Virus record (IMG/VR): IMGVR_UViG_3300047157_000073
Coordinates: 32,001 to 96,000 of that record
DNA length: 64,000 nt
From: a virus
Strand: one strand, 5' to 3'
A model generated the notes under the pieces. That model saw nothing but the letters and a program-made list of their open reading frames with translations. It had not been told where the DNA came from and did not search any database. Made by a program: the position numbers and the translations under genes. This document shows positions 10,574 through 21,485 of the stretch, piece after piece (within the stretch, counting starts at the first letter, position 1; each line of letters starts with the position of its first letter).

Positions 10574-10602
10574 ATTATAAACTTTCAAACAAGGTTTGTC
10601 AA
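10574..10602 (-). promoter_or_regulatory. perfect-consensus sigma70 promoter on the minus strand, no downstream ORF
   Basis: Reverse complement reads TTGACA-17 bp-TATAAT. Confidence 0.75.
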
Positions 10603-10656
10603 GGTTTATTTGCAAATAAATGCAAAAAAGTTTTTTATATAATTACCTATTATTTC

Positions 10657-10685
10657 TTGACATATTATGCTCAACCTAGTACTAT
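10657..10685 (+). promoter_or_regulatory. sigma70-type promoter for gp55
   Basis: TTGACA-17 bp-TACTAT followed by GGCTACAT as in other early promoters. Confidence 0.7.
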
Positions 10686-10716
10686 GGCTACATAACAATT
10701 CATCAAGGAAAGAAAG

Positions 10717-11280
10717 ATGGCAACAACAAAGAAAAAAGGTGTTCATTACATAGACAATAAAGAGTTTCATGCAGCAATGATTGCGTGGAAAGAATTATGT
10801 AAAGAGGCTGAAGAAGCAGGAGAAGAAAAACCCCAAGTAACAAATTACATTGGAGAGTGTTTTTTAAAGATAGCAAATGGATTATCATACAGACCTAACT
10901 TTATTAATTATACTTATCGTTCTGAAATGGTTTCTGATGGTATAGAAAACTGTTTACAATACATACATAACTTTGACCCAGAGAAGTCAAAGAATCCTTT
11001 TGCATATTTTACACAAATAATATACTATGCATTTTTAAGAAGAATTCAAAAAGAGAAAAAACAAACTCATATCAAAAACAAAATGATTGAGAAACAACAG
11101 TATGAAACTTATACTACAAATGAAGGTGATGATACAGTTTATGATGTAAGAGGTTTTGACCCAGACATTATGTTGCCTGATGAAGATGTATATAAAGTTA
11201 AAAAGAAAGAGAAGTCTACACTACCTGAAGGCCTTGAAGAATTCATGGATGAAAATTCTAAAACAGAAGATAATACTTAA
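10717..11280 (+). CDS. gp55: late-transcription sigma factor gp55
   Basis: HYIDNKEF, YIGECFLKIA, RPNFINY, NPFAYFTQIIYYAFLRRIQKEK. Confidence 0.97.
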   Translation: MATTKKKGVHYIDNKEFHAAMIAWKELCKEAEEAGEEKPQVTNYIGECFLKIANGLSYRPNFINYTYRSEMVSDGIENCLQYIHNFDPEKSKNPFAYFTQIIYYAFLRRIQKEKKQTHIKNKMIEKQQYETYTTNEGDDTVYDVRGFDPDIMLPDEDVYKVKKKEKSTLPEGLEEFMDENSKTEDNT

Positions 11281-12347
11281 TGAAAATAGCAATAATTACT
11301 GATACTCATTTCGGTGCAAGAAATGATAATGTGAATTTTAATGAATACTTCTATCAATTTTATGAGGGAGTATTTTTTCCATATCTACAACAAAACAATA
11401 TTAAAACATGTATTCATTTAGGTGATTGTTTTGATAGGCGTAAGTATGTATCATATAGAACAGCAAAAGATTTTAGAGAAAGATTTGTATTACCATTTAA
11501 TGTATTAGGAATTGACTTACATATGTTAGTTGGTAATCATGATATCTATTATAAGAATACAAGTCAAGTGAATTCACTTACAGAGTTACTAGGTGATAAA
11601 CATAAAAACATTCACATTTATGATGAAGCAACAGAAGTAGACTTTGATGGTTTACCAATATTACTTATGCCATGGATTAATCAAACAAATGAAATCTATG
11701 CAGAAGGTATGATTGATGAAACTAAAGCTGATGTATGTATGGGTCATCTAGAAATAAATGGTTTTCAAATGAACAAGAATGTTATAGTATCACAAGGTGG
11801 TCGTGAAAAAGAATTTTTTAGAAAGTTTGATACAGTTATGAGTGGACATTTTCATCACAAGTCAGATGATGGTCAAATCTATTATCTAGGTACACCATAT
11901 GAAATATATTGGAATGATTGGGAAGATAAAAAAGGATTCCATATCTATGATACAGAAACAAAGGAATTAGAAAGAATAGTTAATCCATATACAATATATG
12001 AAAAGATATATTATGATGATACAAAAGAAAACTATAAAGAACATGACACTACAAAGTATGCAAACAAATATGTTAAATTAATTGTAGTAGTTAAAAAAGA
12101 TTTATATCAGTTTGACCAATTCTTAGATAAGTTATATGCAGCAGATGCATTTGATATAAAAATTGTAGAGGATTTTTCAGACTTAGATGCAAGTTCAGTA
12201 TCAGATGATATTGTAGAGAACACAGAAGACACAGTAACATTATTAAACAAATACATTGATGACCTATCTATTGACTTAGAAAAAGATAGATTAAAGAATC
12301 AAATGAAATCTTTATATACAGAGGCTCAAGACTTAGACTTAGAATGA
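11280..12347 (+). CDS. gp47: recombination endonuclease gp47 (Mre11/SbcD-like)
   Basis: ITDTHFG, HLGD, GNHD, SGHFH. Confidence 0.97.
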   Translation: MKIAIITDTHFGARNDNVNFNEYFYQFYEGVFFPYLQQNNIKTCIHLGDCFDRRKYVSYRTAKDFRERFVLPFNVLGIDLHMLVGNHDIYYKNTSQVNSLTELLGDKHKNIHIYDEATEVDFDGLPILLMPWINQTNEIYAEGMIDETKADVCMGHLEINGFQMNKNVIVSQGGREKEFFRKFDTVMSGHFHHKSDDGQIYYLGTPYEIYWNDWEDKKGFHIYDTETKELERIVNPYTIYEKIYYDDTKENYKEHDTTKYANKYVKLIVVVKKDLYQFDQFLDKLYAADAFDIKIVEDFSDLDASSVSDDIVENTEDTVTLLNKYIDDLSIDLEKDRLKNQMKSLYTEAQDLDLE

Positions 12348-14055
12348 TAATATTTGAAAAGGTTCGTTGGAAAAACTTTCTTTCCACAGGAAACCAATTT
12401 ACAGAAATAGATTTGAATCGTAATGAAACTACACTTATCATAGGTGAGAATGGTGCTGGTAAATCAACAGTGCTTGATGCATTATGTTTTGCATTGTTTG
12501 GAAAACCATTTCGTACAATTAGTAAATCTCAATTAGTCAATACAGTTAATGCAATGGAAACTGTAGTAGAGATTGAATTTAGTATTGCAAGTCGTAGATA
12601 TAAAGTCATTCGTGGTATCAAACCAAATAAGTTTGAGATATGGCAAAACGATAAGATGTTAAATCAAGAAGCCAATAATCGTGACTATCAAAAAATACTA
12701 GAACAACAAATACTAAAACTAAACTATCGTTCATTTACACAAGTTGTTATCTTAGGTAGTTCAACCTTTGTACCATTTATGCAATTAAAAGCAAAATTTA
12801 GGAGAGAGGTTGTTGAAGACTTATTAGATATTAAAATATTCTCAATGATGAATATGATACTTAAACAAAGACTAAAAGATTTAGTTATAGAATTACAAGA
12901 AGTAGAATATAATTATAAGTTATCTGGTGAAAAAATAAATATGCAAGAATCTTATATTGAAAACATTAAAAATAATGCAGGGATTATTATAAAAGAAAAA
13001 CAAAGTAATTATGATAATAACTTTATAGAATTAAATAAAAAGATAAACAATAAAAAAGAATTAGAAAAACTCAAAAAACATTATTTGAATCAGTCACAGA
13101 CCAAATCAATGTAGAATCTAAAGATGTCAAATTAAAAGACTTACGCTCTACACTTGTAGAAAAACAAAAAGAAAAAGATAAAATGATAGCATTTTTTGAA
13201 AAGCATGATGACTGTCCTGTATGTACACAAGACATACCTAAAGATTTTAAATCTGAAATGATAACTACAAAAGAAAAAGAGAAAAAAGAAATTGTGAATG
13301 GTCTTACAAAAATGGAAGAAGAATTAGATAAGACACAAAGTAGACTATCTGAAATAGTAAAAGTTACAAATGAGATACAAGATAACTCAATACAGATAGC
13401 ACAATTAAATACATCTATAAAAGAATTAGAAAAATTTCAAGAAAGATTGTCTAATGAAATTACAGAATTAGAAAAGAGTACAATTAATAATTCTGATGAA
13501 GAAAAACTAAAAACACTTCAAGAAGAATTTAGTGGTATAGAAAAAAATAGAAAAGATTTAAAAGAAGAAAAAATTTATAAAGAAGCAACAAGAGCCATGT
13601 TGCAAGATACAGGTATTAAGACTAAAATTATTAAACAATATTTACCTATCATGAATCAGCTGATTAATAAGTATCTAGCATCTATGGAATTTTATGTAAA
13701 CTTTACATTAAATGAAAACTTTGATGAAACAATCAAGTCAAGATTTCGTGATAATTTTAACTATGCTTCATTTAGTGAAGGTGAGAAAATGAGAATAGAT
13801 TTAGCATTACTCTTTACATGGAGAGCCATAGCAAAAATGAAAAATAGTACAAATACTAATCTATTAATACTAGATGAGATATTTGATAGTTCATTAGATA
13901 GTGCTGGAACAGATGAGTTTCTAAAAATACTAAACACACTAGAGGGTGAGAATGTATTTGTGATAAGTCATAAACAAGATGTATTAGTGGACAAGTTTAA
14001 ACATACACTTAAATTTGAGAAGAATAAAAACTTTAGTAAAATGGTGGTAGCATGA
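12344..14055 (+). CDS. gp46: recombination ATPase gp46 (Rad50/SbcC-like; frameshift near 13070)
   Basis: GENGAGKS, CPVC zinc hook, FSEGEKMRID, LDEIFD, ISH. Confidence 0.96.
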
Positions 14056-14264
14056 CAAATTCAAAACATTTAATACATAGAAGTTTAGACATAGGAAGTG
14101 GACTAATCATTTCGATTATAATACAGTTAACCATATTTCCCCTTTATGGCATATACATTGAGGTGTGGGCAATGTTTCATCTTGCAATTATATTTACAAT
14201 CGTAGGTATCATAAGAAGTTATCTCTGGTCAAAATATGTATTTAAATATGGAGAATCTAAATGA
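14052..14264 (+). CDS. small membrane protein
   Basis: 70 aa with two hydrophobic segments. Confidence 0.6.
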   Translation: MTNSKHLIHRSLDIGSGLIISIIIQLTIFPLYGIYIEVWAMFHLAIIFTIVGIIRSYLWSKYVFKYGESK

Positions 14265-14278
14265 GAATCATTCTCATT
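14260..14278. promoter_or_regulatory. Fur-box-like 9-1-9 palindrome
   Basis: AATGAGAAT-C-ATTCTCATT, perfect inverted repeat. Confidence 0.7.
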
Positions 14279-14369
14279 AACTAGTGATTTTACTGATATC
14301 GTACAATATTTGCACAATCTTATTTTAAAATAATTCATTAATCCTATATAAATCAATAACATACAACCC

Positions 14370-14398
14370 TTGACAAAACCTGTTAGACCTGTCATACT
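14370..14398 (+). promoter_or_regulatory. sigma70-type early promoter
   Basis: TTGACA-17 bp-(TGn)CATACT. Confidence 0.8.
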
Positions 14399-14430
14399 GG
14401 CTGTGTAAATTAAATTGAGAGAGTAGATTT

Positions 14431-16881
14431 ATGAGAAGACAACAAAACCCCCAAAAAATCAAGTTAGAATCTGTAAAAGATAAATCGACTTTAGTCAAAT
14501 TATTGGCTGAGGAAGATGTTACTGTATCTTATCAGAAAGTTCCTACTGCTAGTTTCAATCCGAATACTAGAGAAGTAGTTCTACCTATATGGAAAGATAA
14601 ATCAGAATCAGTTATGGATATGATGTCACTTCATGAAGTGGGTCATGCTTTATACACACCATTATCTTTATTAGAAGATGGTCAAAATAAAAAAGTTAAA
14701 CATTCTTTTCTGAATGTATTAGAAGATGTTAGAATTGAAAAGATGATTCAAGATAAGTATCTTGGGTCAGTTAGAGTATTCAAAAAAGCATATACAGAAT
14801 TATTAGAAAAAGACTTTTTCAATATTAATGGAAAAGACTTATCAAAACTTAATCTGATTGACAGAATCAACATGCATTATAAGAATGTACCAGATGTACC
14901 TTTTGATAATGATGAATTAGAATGGGTTGATAAAGCCAATCAAACAAAAACATCTGATGATGTTTTAAATCTTGCAATCGAATTACAAGAGTGGATGAAA
15001 GCAAATCAAAAAGATATTGATTCAGATAGTTTATTTGAATCAGATATTACAATACCAGATATGGATAAATCAGAAGATGAATCTGATGGTGGAAATTCTG
15101 AATCAGATGATTCTAATAGTTCCGAAGATGGTGACCAAGAATCAGAAGATACTGATGGTGATGGCAATTCAATTCAGATTCAGATTCAGATGATGAAAAA
15201 GATTCAGATGATAAATCAGATGATGGTAAATCTTCTGAGAATGTAGAATCAGATGATAAACAAGAACAAAAAATTAAAGGTTTTTCTAAAGGTTCTGGTG
15301 GTGAAGATTTTGATGGTATCGAAGCAATGACTGATACTAACTATCAGAAAAAACAATATGATTCAGTTGACCAGAATGCTACTGAGATTGAATACTTAAA
15401 TATACCTAAAATAAATCTTAAAGAAGTAATTATAGATTATAAAGATGTTAATAAAGAATTATCAGAACATTATTCAAGTAAAACTCAAGGTAGAGAATAT
15501 AATCAAAAATATATGGACTTTATTAATAAAGATATTGTTAAATTTAAGAATGAACAGAAATCTACAATATCATATATGGTTAAAGAATTTGAAATGAAAA
15601 AGGCTGCTGACTTATATAAAAGAAGTACCGTGTCAAAAACAGGTAGTTTAAATATGGATAAGTTACATAGTTATTCTTACAATGAAGATATATTCTTAAA
15701 AATGAATGTTGAACCAGGTGCTACGAATCATGGACTAGTTATGTTCGTGGATTGGTCAGGTTCTATGCATGATAACTTTTACAATACAATTAAACAGACT
15801 TTAAATTTAGTTTGGTTTTGTGAGAGAGTAAATATTCCTTTTGAAGTTTATGGATTTACAAATGGTTATTCTAACAGAGATGATACTATCAAAAATACTA
15901 ACATTCAAAAAAGAAAACAAAATGATATCATAATTAATGAATTAAGATTATTAAACATGTTATCAAGTAGAGCAAGTAAAGATGAAATGAATGAGGGTAT
16001 GAAAAACATATGGGCAGTTGCTAATTATTATGGAATGCAATGTAGTCAAGTTAAATCTCATGATGAAGATGATAGATATATGTATCCAATTTATGTACAT
16101 ACTGATTATCAATTACACAGTACACCATTGAATCATTCAATAGTTGCTGCTATGGACTTGGTACCTAAATTCAAAAAAGATTATGGATTACAAAAAGTAC
16201 ATACTGTATTCTTAACAGATGGTTCTAGTAATAATATTGATTACAAGTATGAGTGGTCTACACAAGACATAAGACCATACTCTGAAAGAGTTGATAGAGT
16301 TACAGGTAAAGCTATTCCTTTACCAGATGATTATGAAGGTGGATTTCAACCATCAAGTATAAGAGGTTCTTACCATTCTACAGACAAGATAGTAGTTATT
16401 AAAGACCCAATCACTAATAAAAAATGGACTTCTAGTAAAGATGAAAAAAATTCATATAGTCATGATAGTGGATTTTCATATGGAGGTCAAACTAAAATTC
16501 TATTATCATTCTTAAAATCAAGAGTACCAGGTATGAGTGTCACAAACTTCTTTATTGCTGGTAGAAATAGAAAAGGCACAATTTCAAAATATGATATTGG
16601 ACAAATCTTTCGGATTGAATAGTTGGGATGATGAAGAACAAATTAAAAAGATTCAAAAAGAAATTCTAAAAAACAATGTTGCAGTTTGTACTACTCAGGC
16701 TTGGGATGAATTGTATGTCTTACCAGGTGGTCAAAGATTAGATGTATCAAATGATGATTTATCAGATATAAAACCAGGTGAGTTTAAGAAATCAGATTTG
16801 AAAAAGGCCTTTGGAAAAATGTCTTCAGGTAGAAAGAATTCTAGACCATTATTAAATAAGTTTATAGGAATGATTGCTTAA
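14431..16881 (+). CDS. HExxH-metallopeptidase-like + VWA (CobT-like) partner of the CobS/MoxR ATPase; two frameshifts
   Basis: HEVGHALYT, NVLEDVRIE, Asp/Ser linker, VDWSGSM MIDAS, STPL, FLTDG; ORFs 14431, 15327 and 16537 join. Confidence 0.85.
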
Positions 16882-16898
16882 TGAGAATCATTCTCAAT
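16880..16898. promoter_or_regulatory. Fur-box-like palindrome
   Basis: AATGAGAATCATTCTCAAT. Confidence 0.7.
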
Positions 16899-16940
16899 AA
16901 CTATTTTGCAAAGTCTAGTATATATAGGGGTGATAGGCCC

Positions 16941-16970
16941 TTGACAAAACCTGTCTTAACCTGTCATAAT
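16941..16970 (+). promoter_or_regulatory. sigma70-type early promoter for cobS
   Basis: TTGACA-18 bp-(TGn)CATAAT-AGCTACAT. Confidence 0.8.
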
Positions 16971-17009
16971 AGCTACATGATGAGAAAATTAATAAATGAG
17001 ATAATTCCA

Positions 17010-17028
17010 AATGAGAATCATTCTCAAT
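17010..17028. promoter_or_regulatory. Fur-box-like palindrome downstream of the cobS promoter
   Basis: AATGAGAATCATTCTCAAT. Confidence 0.7.
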
Positions 17029-17074
17029 TAGATTTCAAGTCAAAATTAAATAATGAGATATGTGAGGTATCAAT

Positions 17075-18301
17075 ATGAAAACACTAATAAACGAAATGTC
17101 ACCAAAACTAAAAGACTTTTTAATTCTTGTGAATGAAAAGTTAGGTGAAGGTTCAGAAGTTACTAGACAAGAGTTGAATGACATTGCTCTTGGTAATGGG
17201 TTACCAAAACCTAGAACCTTTATTAAATGGTTAACTAAAAATGGATTAAAAACAGGTCATGGTAAATATCAATTACCAACAGATGATACAGAATCATCTA
17301 GTCAACCTAATTTAGTTTCAGTACCGAAAGTTGCTGTGACTAATAATGAACCACAGGCAACTGTGAATCTAATGATGAATACAGAAACTCAAAATCTGAT
17401 TCCAAGCCCATTCGAAGGTTTTGTACCTTGGGGTCATTGTGCTACTATTAAAAAAGTGATTCAATCTAAAATGTTCTATCCTGTTTTTATCACAGGTCTA
17501 TCAGGTAATGGTAAGACATTGATGGTTGAGGAATTACATAGTAAATTGAAAAGAGAATTAATCAGAGTAAACATTACTATTGAAACTGATGAAGATGATT
17601 TACTCGGTGGATTCAGATTAATAGATGGTGAAACTAAGTTTGTACCAGGCCCTGTTATTCAGGCAATGGAAAGAGGTTGTACTTTACTTCTTGATGAGTG
17701 CGACTTGGGTAGTAACAAGTTACTTGCATTACAACCAGTTCTTGAAGGCAAGGGTGTCTTCCTTAAAAAGATTAACAAATGGGTTACACCAAAACCTGGT
17801 TTCAATGTGATTGCTACTGCAAACACTAAAGGTAAAGGTTCAGATGATGGTAGATTCGTTGGAACGAATATTCTTAATGAGGCGTTCCTTGAAAGATTTG
17901 CTGTTACAATCGAACAACCATATCCTAGTTCAAAAGTTGAAAAGAAAATCATACTTGGTTCTATGGAAAAGTATAATAAGATAGATGAGAAGTTTGCTGA
18001 GAATCTAACTGTTTGGGCAGAGGTTATCAGAAAGACTTTTTATGATGGTGGAGTTGATGAGATTATATCTACTAGAAGACTTGACCACATAGTTAAAGCA
18101 TTCTCAATCTTCAATGACAAGATGAAATCAATCGAGTTATGTGTATCAAGATTTGATGATGATACAAAGGAATCATTCATGGATTTATACACTAAAATAG
18201 ATGCTGGAGAGGATGTACAGGGTATATCTGATTCAGATGAAGACTTAGATGACCCTGTTGATGAAACTGTTAATGAAGACGGAGGAGCTGTAAACTACTA
18301 A
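17075..18301 (+). CDS. cobS: CobS/MoxR-type AAA+ ATPase
   Basis: GLSGNGKT, ETDEDDLLGG, LLLDE, ATANTKGKG, NEAFLERF, ISTRRL. Confidence 0.92.
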   Translation: MKTLINEMSPKLKDFLILVNEKLGEGSEVTRQELNDIALGNGLPKPRTFIKWLTKNGLKTGHGKYQLPTDDTESSSQPNLVSVPKVAVTNNEPQATVNLMMNTETQNLIPSPFEGFVPWGHCATIKKVIQSKMFYPVFITGLSGNGKTLMVEELHSKLKRELIRVNITIETDEDDLLGGFRLIDGETKFVPGPVIQAMERGCTLLLDECDLGSNKLLALQPVLEGKGVFLKKINKWVTPKPGFNVIATANTKGKGSDDGRFVGTNILNEAFLERFAVTIEQPYPSSKVEKKIILGSMEKYNKIDEKFAENLTVWAEVIRKTFYDGGVDEIISTRRLDHIVKAFSIFNDKMKSIELCVSRFDDDTKESFMDLYTKIDAGEDVQGISDSDEDLDDPVDETVNEDGGAVNY

Positions 18302-18331
18302 GATTTCAAACTTCATGTTTGATACCTCAGG

Positions 18332-18363
18332 CTGAGGGAATGAAAGTTCCCTCAGTTTTTTTT
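18332..18363 (+). terminator. rho-independent terminator after cobS
   Basis: CTGAGGGAA-tgaaag-TTCCCTCAG followed by T8. Confidence 0.9.
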
Positions 18364-18375
18364 ACAAAATATATT

Positions 18376-19020
18376 ATGTTTAAATATCCATTAAAAAAAT
18401 ACGAAGATATAAAAATTAGAGCATTGATACATTGGAATTCTCTAAGAGTAAACCAACACTATTGGACACCAGAAATTTCAGTTTCTAAACCTTACAAAAA
18501 AGGTTATCAATTAAAATTACAATTATCTAGAATACCATATGATAAAACTCATATACAAACTGATTATGCATCAAAAGAATATTTAAATATTTCTGGTGGG
18601 TTAAATTTATCACCTGGTGCAATACAAGGTAGATTTAAAAAGTTGAATAAACCAATACCAAAAATTACTGCAGACCATATATTAGGTTCATCAAATGTTG
18701 GTGAATGCACATTAGACAATCCTCACTTAATTGAAGATAATGGATTTGGTGAATTTTTTCAATTATTTTTACACAGTTTATTAGTAACGCGTGTAACTAG
18801 AAAAGAAAATGATGACCTTGCATTATTGAGAGGTAAATTTTTAACTAAGGATAAGTATAATGAATTAGGTATTAAACTTTATGATAAAGATAATAATGAA
18901 GTTGAATTACCTGCACCACCAAAAATACTAACAGAGTGGGAGATAAAAAAATTCGGTTTGAAAGATACAGGATACAAACCTGTTTATACTAAACCAAAAA
19001 AACTTATACAATTTGTTTAG
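18376..19020 (+). CDS. hypothetical protein (weak His-Me/HNH-like motifs)
   Basis: Start moved to ATG 18376 beyond the terminator; TADHI...VTRKEN. Confidence 0.6.
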   Translation: MFKYPLKKYEDIKIRALIHWNSLRVNQHYWTPEISVSKPYKKGYQLKLQLSRIPYDKTHIQTDYASKEYLNISGGLNLSPGAIQGRFKKLNKPIPKITADHILGSSNVGECTLDNPHLIEDNGFGEFFQLFLHSLLVTRVTRKENDDLALLRGKFLTKDKYNELGIKLYDKDNNEVELPAPPKILTEWEIKKFGLKDTGYKPVYTKPKKLIQFV

Positions 19021-19096
19021 AAGTTGTATAAATACTTTTGTGAATGCCTAATGGGTTCACACTATAAACTTTGCTTAACTAAGGAGGTTAACTATT

Positions 19097-19642
19097 ATGG
19101 TAAAACTAACACACTTTGATATAAATCAATTCGCACCTTTTACAGTCGGATTCGATAGAGTTTTTGATAGACTCGTAGATTATGGAAACACAAACTATGA
19201 AACTGGTGGATTCCCGCCATACAATATCAGAAAGACTGGTGACTTTAAACATGTTATTGAAATTGCATTAGCAGGTTTCAGTAAGGATGAAATAGAAGTT
19301 GTCTTAACTGATGGCGTTTTAGAGATTAAATCCTCTAATTTGCCAACATCTGATAAACCTAAAAAACTTAAAGATGAAGATATGCAGTATAGTACTGACA
19401 GAAACCAATGGAGTTTAAAAACATACCCAGATGGCGAAACATCATTTGGTCAAAAAACTTCACAGTATGACAATGATGTTTTAATTCATAAAGGTATTGC
19501 AAAAAGAGCTTTCACTAGAAAGTTCACACTTGCAGATGATATTGAAATCAAAGATGCAAAACTAGAAAATGGTTTACTTTTAATAGATTTGGAACAGATT
19601 GTGCCAGAACACAAAAAACCAAAAATTATTAAAGTAAAATAA
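19097..19642 (+). CDS. hsp20: small heat shock protein Hsp20 (IbpA-like)
   Basis: VGFDRVF, FPPYNI, IALAGF, HKGIAKRAFTRKFTLAD, LENGLL; TATAAATA at 19027. Confidence 0.95.
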   Translation: MVKLTHFDINQFAPFTVGFDRVFDRLVDYGNTNYETGGFPPYNIRKTGDFKHVIEIALAGFSKDEIEVVLTDGVLEIKSSNLPTSDKPKKLKDEDMQYSTDRNQWSLKTYPDGETSFGQKTSQYDNDVLIHKGIAKRAFTRKFTLADDIEIKDAKLENGLLLIDLEQIVPEHKKPKIIKVK

Positions 19643-19666
19643 ATTGAAATAAGTGTTAGGAATGCC

Positions 19667-19696
19667 TTGACAAAAGGTGTTCCTATCATGTATAAT
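19667..19696 (+). promoter_or_regulatory. sigma70-type promoter, near-leaderless transcript
   Basis: TTGACA-18 bp-TATAAT, 11 nt before ATG 19708. Confidence 0.75.
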
Positions 19697-19707
19697 GGTA
19701 TGTAATT

Positions 19708-20694
19708 ATGAAAATACTAGGTGATGATGATATTGGTAAAGGAGGTATTGATGTACTCAATACTGAAACTGGTGAATCTAAAACAGTAAGAAAAAGAGAA
19801 ACCGACAAACCTTTTACAATAGATGACTACAATAAAGTCTTAGAAGACGCACAAAAACAGCAGGAAAATATTATGAGTGAAGAAACACAACAAGTGAAAA
19901 GAGCAGACATGATAAATGCTCAAAACAAAGCATCAGAAGAACAACAAATAGATACAGGTGAAGAAGTTCCAAAAAACCCTGGCGGTATTGAAATTGCAAT
20001 GCGACCAAAAACTGCTGTTAATATAATGAGATGTCAATTTCCAAATGAAGTCACAACAGAAATAAATGAACATATAGAAAAAGTTATTATTCCAAATAAT
20101 GTAGACCATTCAAAAGGTTTAGTTGGACAGATATCACAACACGAAAGGTCAGCACAATTAACTTTTCCACATGAAGGCGATGAAGTTGGTGAAATGTTTA
20201 GTGGTGTATTACAAAGACTAGCAAAAGAATTTGTAAATAAGACAGTAGGAATGGAATGTGAAACCTCTATGGAATCAATGTGGACAGTACATAGTTATAG
20301 TGGTGATTACAATCCTGTACATGACCATGGCACAAGAACACCAATGGGTGTATCATGTATTATGTATTTACAAGTTCCTAGATGTATTGCAACCTTAGGA
20401 AACCCATCAGAAAATTTTGATGGTCTAAATGAATCATCAGGTGCAGTAGATGGTTTTACATATTTAACTTGGGGTACTAATGGTATGCGTGATGTTAATA
20501 TGTTAAGACCTATTACAGAAGAATATGTTAAACCAGAAGTTGGTACATTGATTATGTTTCCTAGTTGGTTAAGACATGGAGTTATGCCTTTCTTTGGTAA
20601 AGAAGATGATGAGAGAAGAACATTCTCAGCAAACATTAATATTACTTTAAAAGAAAAACTAACTGGTGACCATTATAGGAAAGATAGAACATGA
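19708..20694 (+). CDS. putative 2OG-Fe(II) oxygenase (TIGR02466-like) with N-terminal extension
   Basis: WTVHSYSGDYNPVHDH, FPSWLRHGV, ERRTFSAN. Confidence 0.8.
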   Translation: MKILGDDDIGKGGIDVLNTETGESKTVRKRETDKPFTIDDYNKVLEDAQKQQENIMSEETQQVKRADMINAQNKASEEQQIDTGEEVPKNPGGIEIAMRPKTAVNIMRCQFPNEVTTEINEHIEKVIIPNNVDHSKGLVGQISQHERSAQLTFPHEGDEVGEMFSGVLQRLAKEFVNKTVGMECETSMESMWTVHSYSGDYNPVHDHGTRTPMGVSCIMYLQVPRCIATLGNPSENFDGLNESSGAVDGFTYLTWGTNGMRDVNMLRPITEEYVKPEVGTLIMFPSWLRHGVMPFFGKEDDERRTFSANINITLKEKLTGDHYRKDRT

Positions 20695-21458
20695 GTTTAA
20701 AAAATCTTTCAGATTCTTTAGGTAAAAAACAAAAACCTAAAAAAGGTAAATCTTTTGATACACAAGCACAAATAAAAACTATACCATCATATAAATTGAT
20801 GGCAGTACAGTTCCCAGATTTTTTTATTGATGATATTAATAAACATATTGATGAAGTTATTATACCAGCAAAAGTATCTCATAAAGGTCAATTAGTAGGA
20901 CAGATTAATAAAAATGAAAAATCTGAACAATGGGCTTTTCCTTTAGATAGTGAAATGGGAAAAGATTTTAAAACTATTGTAGATAGATGTGCTACTAGTT
21001 TACTAAATGATAAACTTGGTTATCAGCGTGACAGTATTGCAGAGGCTTTTGAAGCATGGACTGTACACAGTTATGCTGGAGATTACAATCCTCTACATGC
21101 ACATGGGTGTGAAACACCTGCAGGACTATCTTGTATACTTTATTTAAAAGTACCAAAGTGTATTGAGGAAAAACCAAGAATACCTTTATTACATAATGCA
21201 GCTGGTGGTATTGATGGGTTTACAGGTTTAATCACATCAACAAATACTATTCATGATGTTTACAGATTAAAATTAGATGCACAAGAATATGTAAAACCTA
21301 AAAAAGGATTTATGATGATATTTCCTAATTGGTTGCAACATTGTGTAATGCCATTTTTCGGAGAAGGTGAACGAAGAACAATGTCTGCTAATTTTAATAT
21401 CAGAGATAGTAAAGAAACTGTTAAACAATTTCAATCACCAACATTACATAACGAATAA
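20691..21458 (+). CDS. putative 2OG-Fe(II) oxygenase, tandem paralogue
   Basis: WTVHSYAGDYNPLHAH, FPNWLQHCV, ERRTMSAN. Confidence 0.8.
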   Translation: MSLKNLSDSLGKKQKPKKGKSFDTQAQIKTIPSYKLMAVQFPDFFIDDINKHIDEVIIPAKVSHKGQLVGQINKNEKSEQWAFPLDSEMGKDFKTIVDRCATSLLNDKLGYQRDSIAEAFEAWTVHSYAGDYNPLHAHGCETPAGLSCILYLKVPKCIEEKPRIPLLHNAAGGIDGFTGLITSTNTIHDVYRLKLDAQEYVKPKKGFMMIFPNWLQHCVMPFFGEGERRTMSANFNIRDSKETVKQFQSPTLHNE

Positions 21459-21485
21459 AAAATTTAAACACAAACGGAGTATATT

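Noticed and set aside
15060-15260. GATTCA/TCAGAT tandem-like repeats
   Set aside because: Encode the Asp/Ser-rich linker of the VWA protein
16881-17078. 65-aa ORF between the VWA gene and cobS
   Set aside because: Runs through two palindromes and a promoter; more likely regulatory DNA that happens to be open
17075-18301. cobS as evidence of cobalamin biosynthesis
   Set aside because: No cobN or other cob genes; the phage protein is a generic MoxR-type ATPase
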